Assembly: GCF_006345805.1 (NCBI RefSeq)
Contig: NC_043014.1
Span: forward strand, 40,300,001-40,364,000
From: Octopus sinensis
Lineage: Eukaryota
Direction: 5' to 3'
Length of the DNA stretch: 64,000 nt
Made by a program: the position numbers and the translations under genes. Below are positions 36,935-50,770 of this stretch, piece by piece (the first letter of the stretch is position 1; every line of letters starts with the position of its first letter). The notes under the pieces are model-generated. The model saw only the letters and a list, made by a program, of their open reading frames with translations, had not been told where the DNA came from and made no database searches.

Positions 36935-38808
36935 GTAAGTAAAGGGTTATAAACTTAGATAAACTTCGACCAAAGATTGGTCCAGGCCATGTCTAACTTA
37001 ATAGCACCACCTGATAGGATTATTCGAATCCTGTTTAAGTCAAGTTTTGTTTAAGTCAAGTTTTGTTCAAGTAGTGAGTTCTTGTTGGGTGAGTTGTATC
37101 CAATTATGGGTGGCTTATCTGGTATTCTTTGAAGGAATCTATCCAGACTCTGTTTAAAGTTGATGGGATCCTTTATTTTGTTATTGTGAATTTCTGTTAA
37201 TTCTTGGTAATCATTAATTTCAGTTAACCTGAAGTAAATTATGAAGGCATGTAGCCTAGTGATTAGAGTGTTGCCGTTATGATCTCAAGATTGTGGTTTC
37301 GATTCCTGTCCAGGATAATGCTTTGTGTTCTGGAGCAAAACACTTTATTTCACATTGCTCAGTTCACTCAGCTGTAAATGAGTTACCCTGCGATGAGCTG
37401 ACATCCTGCTCAGCGATAATGTTGTGCTATCAGGTACTTACAGGGCCTGGAAACTAGGTAATGAAGAAACCTTAGTATGCCAGGCAAAATGCTTCGTGCT
37501 ATTTCATCTGCCGTTACGTTCAGAGTTCAAATTCCGCCAAGGTCAACTTTCCCTTTCATCCTTTCAGGGTCGATTAAATAAATACCAGTTACGCACTGGG
37601 GTCGATATAATCAACCTAATCCGTTTGTCTATCCTTGTTTGTCTTCTCTGTGTTTAGCCCCTTGTGGGTAGTAAAGAAATAGGTATTTCGTCTGCCGTTA
37701 CGTTCCGAGTTCAAATTCCACCGTGGTGGACTTTGCCTTTCATCCTTTCGGAGTCAATTGAATAAGTACCAGTTACACACTGGGGTCAATGTAATCGACT
37801 TAATCCCTTTGTCTGTCCTTGTTTGTCCTCTCTATGTTTATCTCCTTGTGGGCAATAAAGAAATAGGGAACTAGGTAACTGACACAGTCATTCCTAGAAT
37901 TTGAGACAATCATGTCCAGAAATTTAAATAAAACAAAAGGTTTTACTTAAAATTATGATGCTGAGATTTCCCCCCCCCCTCCATACAGGCTTGTCCTTTC
38001 AGGTGCTACTGTGCCAGTGCTGTGTAAATGCACTTAACAGAGTGTGCTGGTGGCACACTCTGTAAAGTGGTTGGTGTTAAGAAGGACATCCAGCCATAGA
38101 AACCATACCTCAACAGTGGAAATTGGATGAATCGTGTTTTGTCTCAAGTTTTATTTGTTTCAGTCATTGGACTGTGGCCATGCTGGAGCACCTACTAGCT
38201 AGTTCCATGTCAAACTGTCCAACCTATGCTAGCATGGAAAGCAGATGTTAAACAATGATGATGATAAACTGTATATTATGCACCTGTGTTCTCATTTTCT
38301 TATCTTACTATTTTGCATACATACATACATACATACATATATATATATATTATATATATATATATTATATATATATATATATATACAATTGAAAAATAGG
38401 ATAAAATCTTTATAAGAATTTATCAAGTAGTTAGCGTGAAAAACTTCATAAGGAAAAATCCATCAATTATTCCTCTTAAATATATTTATTTATATTAAGG
38501 GCATTACCATACATAAATGCCTCATGCTAGGAGGGACTCTTAAAGTCAAAACTACCATAATAAACCCATTGTACCAAACGCGAGGGAATGCAACTCTCGA
38601 AGCGAGCATTTTAAAACTAAATTCAGCTGCAGATCAAATGATTTCATAATTAGTGCACAAAATGCTCTTTTTAATCATCAGTGCAAGCATAATCAAGACA
38701 CATAAAAATGAACAAACAAAAAATATATGTATGTATGTATCTACTTATATTTGATATATAAGTGTGTGTGGGTGTATGTATGTATGTGTGTATGTTTATA
38801 TGTATGCA

Positions 38809-38876
<68 letters not shown>

Positions 38877-39038
38877 GGAGTAAACACATAAATGTGAAAC
38901 AAGGTGGAAAAAAGAGTACTCAAATACCAGGGGTAGAGCAATATGCTTTATTTAAAAGCAGCAGAAAATTATATATATATATATATATTATATATATATA
39001 TATATATATAATTAGCATATTTTTTATTTTCTCTACAG

Positions 39039-39255
39039 GAATCATATGCATGTTGAATAGACATAAACTACAGTACGAAGAGAAGAAACAGACCCTTGTG
39101 ATACCCTACGTTATTCTTGGGAAAAACTTCAAGCCCAAGCTTCAGAAGTTGGGAGTCATCTGTTGACCATTCAACCAGAGTTCCGTCATGAACTCATCAC
39201 AAATGTCAATATTTTCCACAACAACTGTACAGAATTCTATGATGAATATGCACAG
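39039..39255 (+). CDS. DNAH5: Dynein heavy chain exon 10, frameshifted as assembled
   Basis: ctacag|GAA ... CAG|gtcagg. Length 217 between two phase-0 junctions. Homology ESYA-(M)LNRHKL-(Q)-VRREETDPCDTLRYSWEKL...FYDEYAQ is split over three frames; as written the frame hits TGA at 39054-39056. Confidence 0.85.
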
Positions 39256-39807
39256 GTCAGGCTTATGTCTTTATTTATGTTAACAACAAAAGTGATTTTA
39301 TATCAACTAAATTACAAAGCGAGGAAGATATAAAGCGAACAAATGAAAAAACAAATTATCTTTTTTATAGCTGTCAGTGGAAATTGAAAGAAGCATGTTT
39401 TGTCTCATGTTTCAATTGCTTCAGTCATTGGACAGTAGCCATGGTGGGGCACCAACTTTAGATAAACAATGAACTCCAATAATTGTTGCTGTTTAGCCCC
39501 AGGGCAGCCCTGAGTCAATTGATTTATGATCAAAGATGCTGCAGCTGTGATCATCCCATTTTTCACTCATAAATGGTCTATCTTGGACTACAGTGTCCTT
39601 AACTTTTTAAAGATGGCTGGATGTGATTCAAAGGAAATTTGGTTACTATTTTTTTGGAATGATAATGATGAGGGTTGAATTTTTACACTACATGTTTATA
39701 CTGTATACTACACTGATTTCTGTGCTAGAAAATGTGATATATCGTAAGTAAGATAATTAAACTGTGACACAAATGTACCTGATAATATCTGAGATATTTA
39801 TTTTCAG

Positions 39808-40109
39808 TCTGGACCAATGGTGGCAGGAATTGATCCTAGAGACGCCGCTGATCGACTAGTAATTTTTCAGAACCATTTTGATAACTTGTACCGTAAGTAT
39901 ATAACTTACACAAGAGGTGAAGAACTATTTGGTCTTCCAGTCACCCAGTGTCCAGAACTGCTGCAAATCAACAAAGAATTGAAACTTCTTCAAAAGCTTT
40001 ATGGGCTCTATAGTAACGTCATTGATACAGTAACTGGTTATCAAGATATCCCATGGGGTGATGTCAACATCGAAAAGATTAATGCAGAACTGCTGGAGTT
40101 GCAAAATAG
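39808..40109 (+). CDS. DNAH5: Dynein heavy chain exon 11
   Basis: ttttcag|TCT ... AG|gtcatt, phase 0 to 2; [43 protein letters not shown]. Confidence 0.95.
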
Positions 40110-41082
40110 GTCATTATCATGTTTTGTTTAGATATATTTTGATACTTACATTTAATGTGTCATTATACTGTGTTCTCCCTGGTTTCATATTATATACACA
40201 TGTGGTGTCCTCTGGATGACTGTTAATACAAAGTTGGATAATTATCTCCTCTATCTCCTCACAACATGAAGTGGGGTTAGAAAAATGAATTTGAAATCAA
40301 AAGATATGAAGAAAACACAAAGTGTTCGCATATACTTTTATTTTTATATTTATGCACCCTTTTCAAGCCTACCCAGGCTCATGGGCCCGGTTTCCCAGTT
40401 TCTAAGGCATATGTGTTCCCCCCAGCTGGACAGGACACCAGTCCATCGTAGCGTTACTCAAGAAACAGGAAGAGAGAGTGAGAGAAAGTTGGGGTGAAAG
40501 AGTACAAGAGGGGTCGCCGCCACCCACTGCTGGAGCCTCGTGGAGTTTTAGGTGTTTTCACTAAATAAACACACAACGCCCGGTCTGGGAATCGAAACTG
40601 CGATCCTCCAACCGTGAGTCTGCTGCCCTAACCACTGGGCCATAGACTGCCTAGACTCAAGTTAGAGAAGGGGTGCGTATTATACACAAGGTTTAGGTTT
40701 TTCAGAGGTACAGCCCCCTAAAAATCCCCTGCATATTCTACTCAAGGGCGGACTATACTCGAGGATTTATGGTACATACTGGACATCTTGTATACTCAGT
40801 CAGATGTTCCCCAGTGAGTTCCTGTCCAAACAAGCAGGAGCAGGTGTTGCATTGCAAAAACGCAACCAGGGATGTACATGGGTTAACATTCTGTGTTCAT
40901 ATTTTGTCCAGGTCAACTTTGCCTTCCTTTCTTTTCTGGACTCAATAAAATAAGTACCAGCTGAGTACTGGGGGGAGGGGGTCGATGTAATTGACTAGCC
41001 CTCTCTCCTAAACTTGCTGGCCTAGTGTCAAAATCTGAAACCAATATTAAACTTATTTTTTTCTTCTTTTCCTGTCCCCTAG

Positions 41083-41323
41083 ATGTCGCAAACTGCCTCG
41101 TGCTCTGAAGGATTGGCAAGCTTTTAAAGACCTAAAGCAAAAAATTGATGATTTTAATGAAATCATTCCCTTACTTCAACTGATGAGTAACCAAGCTATG
41201 AAAGACCGTCACTGGAAGAGACTAACAACAGTAACAGGCTATCAGTTTGAAATGAAGGACGATAATTTATTGCTTAAAAACATACTAGAAGCTCCTCTCC
41301 TCAAGTATAAGGAAGAAATTGAA
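41083..41323 (+). CDS. DNAH5: Dynein heavy chain exon 12
   Basis: cccctag|A ... GAA|gtaagg; [15 protein letters not shown]...[10 protein letters not shown]...[12 protein letters not shown]. Confidence 0.95.
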
Positions 41324-42389
41324 GTAAGGATTTTTGATATTTTGTATTTTCAAAATTTTTATGTAGATTTTTTTTCTTTTAATTTACATAAGTGCAAGTA
41401 TGGCTATGTGGTTAAGAGGCTGACCTCTCAACCATCTGGTGTTGGGTTCAGTCCCAATTCATGGCACCTTGGGCAAGTGTCTTCTACTATAGCCTCGGGC
41501 CAACCAAAGTCTTATGAGTACATTTGGTAGACAGAAACTGAATGAAGCCCATTATTAAGGTACGAGAATGATTAACAAATATTTTTTACTGGCAGTGTAG
41601 TGCCAGGTAAAATCTTATTTAATCAATGACTTACAATCAGCCATCTTATTATTATTCAATTTAAAAACTAATTATGTGAAATAATGTAACTTTGACTTAT
41701 GATTGAGAAACACTCTATAGGCTTTTGACTGTCATGTAATTAAAAAAACAATAAAAATCGGTTTGTTTAGTGACACAATACAGCTGCAGAAGTTCACTAA
41801 TGAATTGTTATTTTTTTATTTATGCGCCCTTTTCAAGCCTAGCCAGGCTCATGGGCCCGGTTTCCTGGTTTCTATGGCGTATGTATTCCCCCCAGCTGGA
41901 CGAGACACCAGTCCATCACAGCGTTACTCAAGAAACAGGAAGAAAGAGTGAGAGAAAGTAGGGGCGAAAGAGTACTACAGGGGTCGCCACCAACCCCTGC
42001 CAGAGTCTCATGGAGCTTTAGGTGTTTTCACTCAATAAACACACACAACGCCCGGTCTGGGAATCGAAACCATGCTCCTCTGACGGTGAGTCTGTTGCCC
42101 TAACCACTGGGCCATTGTGCCTCCAAATGTTCCTTCTCGAGCCTTGCCAGGCTCATAAGGGCTGGTTTCCCAGTTTCAGCGGTGTAGAAATTCCCCCCTG
42201 GACGGGAGGCCAGTCCGTCGCAGGATTACTCATTTTTGCCTGCTGAGTGGACTGGAGCTACGTGAAAATGAAGTGTTTTGCCCCTTCCAGGAATCGAAAC
42301 CACAGCCTTATAATCATGAGTTCAACACCCTAACCACTAAGCCATGCGCATCCACTCACTAATGAATTAGTGAACTAATTTATAGATCA

Positions 42390-42708
42390 CTAGCAGTATT
42401 GCCCGGCTTTTTATTTTTATTTTTCATGCAATCTACGCATGCTTCCACGCGTGGTGAACACAGTTCACGTCAAACAGCTGACTGAGTAAAGTTTACTATT
42501 CAATGCATGGGATAAAGCCTAAACAAACACATTATCGATTTTTGCACTTGCGAGATGAATTTCGGAACAGAAATAGCGCAGTTCAATTTTCATTCACCTA
42601 AACTTTAAGTGACCCATTTTTGGTGGTTCTACGATTTGTTGGCTAGGAGGAGATGTGCCGGGAAGTTAAACACACAGACACACAAGTTGAGTTTTATATA
42701 TATATAGA
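42390..42708 (-). mobile_element. Non-autonomous Helitron
   Basis: Minus strand A|TCtatatata start and ccgggcaatactgCTAG|T end, matching the end of the 15982 element. Confidence 0.65.
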
Positions 42709-43523
42709 TGTCAAAAGACCCCTTAAGAACTTCTAAATTACATTTACTACAACTATCAATAACCAGAATTGCATATCAAAGTTTTATTGTTCAACCAGTG
42801 TTCCACCCATAACCATCCTGTTTACTGCAGTTTAATATATTCTATTTGCAAGTATGAGCCCCATGAGTCAGAGTTACTGTTCTAGGGCATTTCCCTCACT
42901 TTTCTCTTATATATATACATATAAAACAAATCAAATTAGATGAACATCAATGGAATTTGTATCTTTGTGGTACCAGTGCCGGTGGCACACAAGAAAACCA
43001 TCCGAACGTGACCGTAGCCAGTACCGCATCAACTGGCATCCGTGCTGTGGGCACGTAACAAACACCATCCGATCGTGGCCGTTTGCCAGCCTCATCTGGC
43101 ACCTGTGTCGGTGGCACATAAAAAACACCATCCGAGCGTGGCCGTCTGCCAGCCTCGTCTGGCACCTGTGTCGGTGGCACATAAAAAACACCATCCGAGC
43201 GTGGCCGTCTGCCAGCCTCGTCTGGCACCTTGTGTCGGTGGCACATAAAATCACCCACTACACTCTCGGAGTGGTTGGCGTTAGGAAGGGCATCCAGCTG
43301 TAGAAACACTGCCAGATCTGACTGGACTGGTGCAGCCTTCGGGCTCCCCAGACCCCAGTTGAACCGTCCAACCCATGCTAGCATGGAAAGCGGACGTTAA
43401 ATGATGATGATTATGATGATATATATAGTTAATCCAAACAAGAAAACACAGAAAAAAACACAGCAACGCGAGGACGTGGAACAATTAAAGTATTATTGAC
43501 GCTCAGGAAAGAAGGGAAGGAGG

Positions 43524-43558
43524 GTTTAACGTTTCGAGCAGAGCTCTTCGTCGGAAAC
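43524..43558 (-). ncRNA. Minimal hammerhead-like motif (family C), U4C variant
   Basis: GUUU-CCGACGA-A-GAGC(UCU)GCUC-GAAACGU-U-AAAC. Confidence 0.5.
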
Positions 43559-43587
43559 AAGGAGAAGGAAAGATCCCAAGAAGGGAA

Positions 43588-43622
<35 letters not shown>

Positions 43623-44823
43623 CATGCAAGTGGCTGAGCACACCACAGACACGTGTACCTTTAACGTAATTCTTGGGGAGATTCAGCGTGACACAGATTG
43701 TGACAAGGCTGGCCCTTTGAAATACAGGTACAACAGAAACAGGAGGAAAGAGTGAGAGAAAGTTGTGGTGAAAGAGTACAGCAGGGTTCACTACCACACC
43801 CTGCCGAAGCCTTGTGGGGCTTTAGGTGCTTTCGCTCAATAAACAATCACAATGCCTGGTCAGGGAATCGAAACCACAATCCTACAACTGTGAATCCACT
43901 GCCCTAACCACTGGGCTATTGCGCCTCCACACACACACATATATATGTGTATATATATATATCTATATATCGAAATGTTAAAGACTTGTTTTATTTATAT
44001 TTCCTGAGCGCCATACTAATACAATTGTTTGTTTGTTTCCCACCTGCCTTCGTCTTTTGTCTATTTTCATAAAGCTTCCCGTTATATATCTATCTATATA
44101 TATATATATATATATATTACAAAGTGACATACTCTTTGAACCCCCCTCTTCAATACGCTATTTCACCATGCATTACCCCTCTCTCGATATCCTACGTTCT
44201 ACTTGCCTAGAACCTGTCCTCTGAACCACCCCTCCCACTGGTGTCCCCTATATTTCTGCACCCCCCCCCCCCACCACCCTATAGTGTCTACTCTTTGAAC
44301 CCCCTCTTCAATACGCTATTTCACCATGCATTACCCCTCTCTTGAATCCTACTTTCTACTTGCCTAGAACCTGTCCTCTAACCACCCCTCCCACTGTGCT
44401 CCCCTAATTCTGCACACCCCCCATAAAAAGCACCATCGAAACGTGGCCGATGCCAACCCCTCTGGCAACCTGTGCAGGTGCACGTAAAAAACACCCACTA
44501 CACTCGCGGAGTGGTTGGCGTTAGGAAGGGCATCCAGCTGTAGAAACACTGCCAGACTAGACTGGAGCCTGGGCAGTCCCGAGCTCTCCAGACCCCGGTC
44601 GAAACCGTCCAACCGTGCTAGCGCGGAAAACGGACGTTAAACGATGATGATGATGATGATGATGACATAGGGGTTGTGAGTGTAACCCACTATGGGATAT
44701 CATTTATCAATATACTGCCAGTAAAGTACCCAGAAAAGCTAATACATAAATGCTAAGAATTGCAATGCAATAATTCGTATTGTATTATATGGGCGAGGTA
44801 AAATGTTTTACCTCAAATTCTAG

Positions 44824-44854
<31 letters not shown>

Positions 44855-44871
44855 ATATATACAGACAATAT

Positions 44872-44924
<53 letters not shown>

Positions 44925-44939
44925 CATATAATATATATA

Positions 44940-44977
<38 letters not shown>

Positions 44978-44978
44978 C

Positions 44979-45011
<33 letters not shown>

Positions 45012-45012
45012 C

Positions 45013-45047
<35 letters not shown>

Positions 45048-45049
45048 CA

Positions 45050-45100
<51 letters not shown>

Positions 45101-46859
45101 ATATATAAAATAAATATATATATGCACACACATATATATACATATACATATATATGTATATGTATGTATGTATGTTATATATATATCATATGTATTTAGT
45201 TTGAAATGAAACCAACATTTTCACATCTAATCTTGACCTATTAATAGCCTTGGATGGGCCTGGCTCCGGCACTGTGCTGAAATGCATGCATATCACAAAT
45301 AATATTGACTATCACACTCTGAGCAAGTCAACTCTTTCTCCCTACAATGTTGCTATAACAATCTATAGGATTACAAAAACAACACTGGAAAAAACATCTG
45401 ATATTACTTGTCCCTGCACACTGGAATGTACTATGATGAGTCACAGTCGCATGAAAAGCATATTGTATTTGTAAGATACACCACCACCACCACCACCACC
45501 ACCACCACAACAACAACTGTCTTGAAAATAAGTTAGCACAATATTTACCTTTAGGGGCTGTGGAACACTGGAAGACTGTATTCAAGACTAAATTCCTTGT
45601 GGTATTTAACCCTTTAGGGCGGCGAGCTGGCAGAAACGTTAGCACGCCGGGCGAAATGCGTAGCCGTATTTCGTCTGCCGCTACGTTCTGAGTTCAAATT
45701 CCACCGAGGTCAACTTTGCCTTTCATCCTTTCGGGGTCGATTGATTAAGTACCAGTTACACACTGGGGTCGATGTAATCGACTTAATCCGTTTGTCTGTC
45801 CTTGTTTGTCCTCTCTGTGTTTAGCCCCTTGTGGGTAGTAAAGAAATAGGTATTTAACCCTTTAGTTACCATATTTCTAATTTCTTTATTGCCCACAAGG
45901 GGGCTAAACATAGAGGGGACAAACAAGGACAGATAAAGGGATTAAGTCGATTACATCATCCCCAGTGCGTAACTGGTACTTAATTTATCGACCCCAAAAA
46001 GATGAAAGGCAATGTCAACCTCAGCGGAATTTGAACTCAGAATGTAACAGCAGACGAAATACCTATTTCTTTACTACCCACAAGGGGCTACACACAGAGG
46101 GGAGTAATTCTTTATTACCCACAAGGGGCTAAACATAGAGGGGACAAACAAGGACAGACAAAGGGATTAAGTCAATTACATCGACCCCAGTGTGTAACTG
46201 GTACTTAATCAATCGACCCCGAAAGGATGAAAGGCAAAGTTGACCTCGGTGGAATTTGAACTCAGAACGTAACGGCAGATGGAATACCTATTTCTTTACT
46301 ACTCACAAGGGGCTAAACACAGAAAGGACAAACAAGGACAGACAAACGGATTAAGTCGATTATATCGACCCAGTGTGTAACTGGTACTTATTTAATCGAC
46401 CCCAAAAGGATGAAAAGCAAAGTTGACCTCTGTGGAATTTGAACTCAGAACGTAATGGCAGACAAAATACCACTAAGCATTTCGCCCGGCGTGCTAATGT
46501 TCCTGCCAGCTCGCCGCTTTATTAGTTACCATATTTCTGTGAACATATGCTGCATTTTTTACAATTAATTTTTTAAATAATAAAGAATTTAGTAAAATAA
46601 CTTTCTCATTACTAAGCTGGTGTATGGAACAAATTATCATAAAATTTTGAAGGAAAATTACGAAATCAGGTCACTTAAAAACAGTAAGTTTATGTCATTA
46701 AACCTGGGGCAGTCTCAGGTGGGATGTTATCAAAAGGGATTCTTACATTTGTATTAAATTCAGAGTTCAAAATCAGGTTTAAAAAAAATTCTTGTTTTAA
46801 CCTCTTAACATTCACTTTTTTTTTTCAATTTCCATGCAGAAAATATCACTTTTTTATCA

Positions 46860-47245
46860 ATGCTCGACCTTTATTCTCTAGAAAAATGCCGGCGCCGTGG
46901 TGATCTCATTCTTGCTCACAACATCATAAGCGGAAAGTGTAACCTTTCGAAAGAGCTGTTGTTCACTCCTGCTCCAGAGCGTAGGCTGCGGGGTCACTCC
47001 GTAAAGCTCTATCTGCGACGATTTCATCTCAATCGAAGGAGAGGGGCTTTCTCCGTCCGGGTTGCGAATCCGTGGAATAAGCTGCCGGATGAGATAGTGA
47101 AGATGCCGACGACCGCTGGGTTCAAAGCCTCTCTTGATCAGAAATGGCCTGAACTCTTTGCATGAACACCCCTGTACATAACTCCATGTCCCCCTACATG
47201 GCCTTGCTTTTTGCTTTTTGAGCCAAAAAATTAACTTAACTTATT
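46860..47245 (+). mobile_element. CR1 LINE 3' fragment
   Basis: LYSLEKCRRRGDLI...RLRGHSVKL...F..RV...WNKLP; (TAACT)n tail. Confidence 0.85.
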
Positions 47246-47517
47246 TTGAATCTGTATGTAAAGAAGAATAAGTACACAAATTATTTTGGATCAGTTATGC
47301 TCTATTATGAAGTTACTGACAGAAATGATGATTACTGTTTAGTTAATAATAGAAATTGGGAATAACATCATGGACAAAGTATTTTGGCTTAGGATAAGTG
47401 ACAGATACCACAGTGTATGGTGAATACTCTTTTACTCTTTTAATTATTTCAGTCATGTGACTGTGGCCATGCTGGAGCACCACCTTTAGTCGAGCAAATC
47501 AACCCCAGGACTTATTC

Positions 47518-48297
47518 TTTGTAAACCTAGTACTTATTCTATCGGTATCTTTTGCCGAAATGCTAAGTTACAGGGACGTAAACACACCACCATCGGTTGT
47601 CAAGCGATGTTTGAGGGGACAAATACAGACACATGCACACACATACATATATATATATATATATACATATATACGATGGGCTTCTTTCAGTTTCCGCCTA
47701 CCAAATCCACTCACAAGGCTTTGGTTGGCCCGAGGCTATAGTAGAAGACACTTGCCCAAGGTGCCATGCAGTGGGACTGAACTCGGAACCATGTGGTTGG
47801 TAAGCAAGCTACTTACCACACAGCCACTCCTGTAAATATTTTTTCAAATATATATTTACATCTCTGAATGAAAATATATGGGAAGTTAATATCTTAAGAA
47901 GTTAATATCTTAAGCAGAGTTTAGGTTAGTTAAAATACGTTTGTAACAAATTTCAACTGCTAAAAAGCAAATTCACTGTAGTTACCATAGAGAAAATTTG
48001 CTCTTATGGTAAAAAGGTGTAAAAACATTATGTCTGTTCAGTGTTGCCATCTATTGGGATTTTTCAGACATCGATATTTCTAGCCTTTCAGCTTTTACCA
48101 ATGGGAAATACCTAACTAAACTTTGCTTATGCCTAAACACAGCTTGGTTCTGATATTTCTGTAATAATGGACTGAAGATCTTTGTAAACTAGTACTTATT
48201 CTATCGGTATCTTTTGCCGAAATGCTAAGTTACAGGGACGTAAACACACCACCATCGGTTGTCAAGCGATGTTTGAGGGGACAAATACAGACACATG

Positions 48298-48332
<35 letters not shown>

Positions 48333-48846
48333 ATATATACGATGGGCTTCTTTCAGTTTCCGCCTACCAAATCCACTCACAAGGCTTTGGTTGGCCCGAG
48401 GCTATAGTAGAAGACACTTGCCCAAGGTGCCATGCAGTGGGACTGAACTCGGAACCATGTGGTTGGTAAGCAAGCTACTTACCACACAGCCACTCCTGTA
48501 AATATTTTTTCAAATATATATTTACATCTCTGAATGAAAATATATGGGAAGTTAATATCTTAAGAAGTTAATATCTTAAGCAGAGTTTAGGTTAGTTAAA
48601 ATACGTTTGTAACAAATTTCAACTGCTAAAAAGCAAATTCACTGTAGTTACCATAGAGAAAATTTGCTCTTATGGTAAAAAGGTGTAAAAACATTATGTC
48701 TGTTCAGTGTTGCCATCTATTGGGATTTTTCAGACATCGATATTTCTAGCCTTTCAGCTTTTACCAATGGGAAATACCTAACTAAACTTTGCTTATGCCT
48801 AAACACAGCTTGGTTCTGATATTTCTGTAATAATGGACTGAAGATC
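47518..48846. repeat. Tandem duplication of ~665 bp (47518-48180, 48181-48846)
   Basis: Near-identical SINE part plus unique flank in both copies. Confidence 0.9.
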
Positions 48847-48990
48847 TTTGTAAACCTAGTACTTATTCTATTGGTCTCTTTTGCCGTACCAATAATTTAC
48901 GGGGACATAAGCACACCAGCATCAAGTGATGGTAGGGGTACAAACACAGACACACACACGCATGAATACAAACAAACACACGCACGCACG

Positions 48991-49031
<41 letters not shown>

Positions 49032-50570
49032 ACATATACAACAGGCTTCTTTCAGTTTCTATCCACCAAATCCACTCACAAGGCTATAGTAGAAGACTCT
49101 TGCCCAAGGTGCTACACAGTGGGACTGAACCCAGAATCATGTGGTTGGGAAGCAAACTTCTTGCCACACAGCCACGTATTTCCAAAAAAAAATATTGAAC
49201 ACTGAATTTGTATTTTAAGATTTAAGTGATTTTTTTTTCTTGGAATTAAGCAAAAAATTCTTTGCAAACTGAAAGTTAGGATTGTCAGGAACAAAAGTTT
49301 TTTAACTAATTACTATTACTAATAGTAAATTTTTTTTTACATGTGAGTAGATTTGCAAGGCTTATGATAAAAGCCTATGAACAAATTCAAAATACCATTC
49401 ATAAGAATATTTGAATGAATCATTGTCCTTTTGTTATTCTGTCAACAAGAAATACAAAAATAGCCTTTGAGCTTTGCTTGACCTTGTTATTTTTGTTGCT
49501 TTGTTGCTGTTTAATGCAGGTCAATCTGGGTTAAGAAAACCAATGATCAAATGCATTCCATTCATGACCATCCCTTTAAGACTACATTACCCAATGTATT
49601 CTTTCTTTTGTTTTCCAATGATGTCAGGATCTGATCTGAAGAAGATCTGGCTGCTATTTTTAGCAACATGAGCAATCACTTGCAAGCTTCTTCACTGATT
49701 ACTTCCTCACCTTGTTTACAATAGTTGTGTTAGCCCTAGTGAAGGATTAAGTCTTTAAAGAGTATTTTGTGTATATTGATGGTAAATAGCATGGCAAAGA
49801 TAATGGCACACTAACATAGGCGCAGGAGTGGCTGTGTGGTAAGTAGCTTGCTTACCAACCACATGGTTCTGGGTTCAGTCCCACTGCGTGGCACCTTGAG
49901 CAAGTGTCTTCTACTATAGCCCCGGGCCGACCAATGCCTTGTGAGTGAATTTGGTAGACGGAAACTGAAAGAAGCCTGTCGTATATATGTATATATATAT
50001 GTATGTGTGTGTATATGTTTGTGTGTCTGTGTTTGTTCCCCTAGCATTGCTTGACAACCGATGCTGGTGTGTTTACGTCCCCGTCACTTAGCGATTCGGC
50101 AAAAGAGACCGATAGAATAAGTACTAGGCTTACAAAGAATAAGTCCCGGGGTTGATTTGCTTGACTAAAGGCGGTGCTCCAACATGGCCGCAGTCAAATG
50201 ACTGAAACAAGTAAAAGAGTAAAGAGTAAAGAGTGTATGTGTATGTGTGTGTGTATATGTTTGTGTGTCTGTGTTTGTCCCCCTAGCATTGCTTGACAAC
50301 CGATGCTGGTGTGTTTACGTCCCCGTCACTTAGCGGTTCGGCAAAAGAAACCGATAGAATAAGTACAGGGCTTACAAAGAATAAGGTCGATTTGCTCGAC
50401 TAAAGGCGGTGCTCCAGCATGGCCACAGTCAAATGACTGAAACAAGTAAAAGAAGATAGTATATATTTTTTTTTAATTCTGTATTAACAATTTCATTAAC
50501 TCAAATTATTTGGACCAATTGATAATCAATGAGAAATATTACAGAAAAACGTTTTATGTTTATATTTCAG

Positions 50571-50770
50571 GATATTTGCATTTCAGCTGAAAAAGAAAAA
50601 GATATTGAAGCGAAACTGAAACAAGTGATGATAGACTGGGATATGAAAGAGTTTACCTTTGGTAATTTCAAGAACAGAGGAGAACAGCTATTACGAGGTG
50701 ATGCAACGAGTGAAATTGTTGTTCTCATAGAAGACTCTTTGATGATTCTTAGCTCTCTTATGAATAACAG
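50571..50770 (+). CDS. DNAH5: Dynein heavy chain exon 13
   Basis: atttcag|GAT ... AG|gtatca; [19 protein letters not shown]...[15 protein letters not shown]. Confidence 0.95.

Noticed and set aside
39054-39056. Rescue of the exon 10 stop by A-to-I editing (UGA to UGG)
   Set aside because: The frame would still be wrong and meets another stop shortly after; editing cannot restore missing bases.
41180-41215. CTGATGA...GAAA inside exon 12
   Set aside because: No valid stem III or stem I; the sequence is explained by codons LMS...MK.
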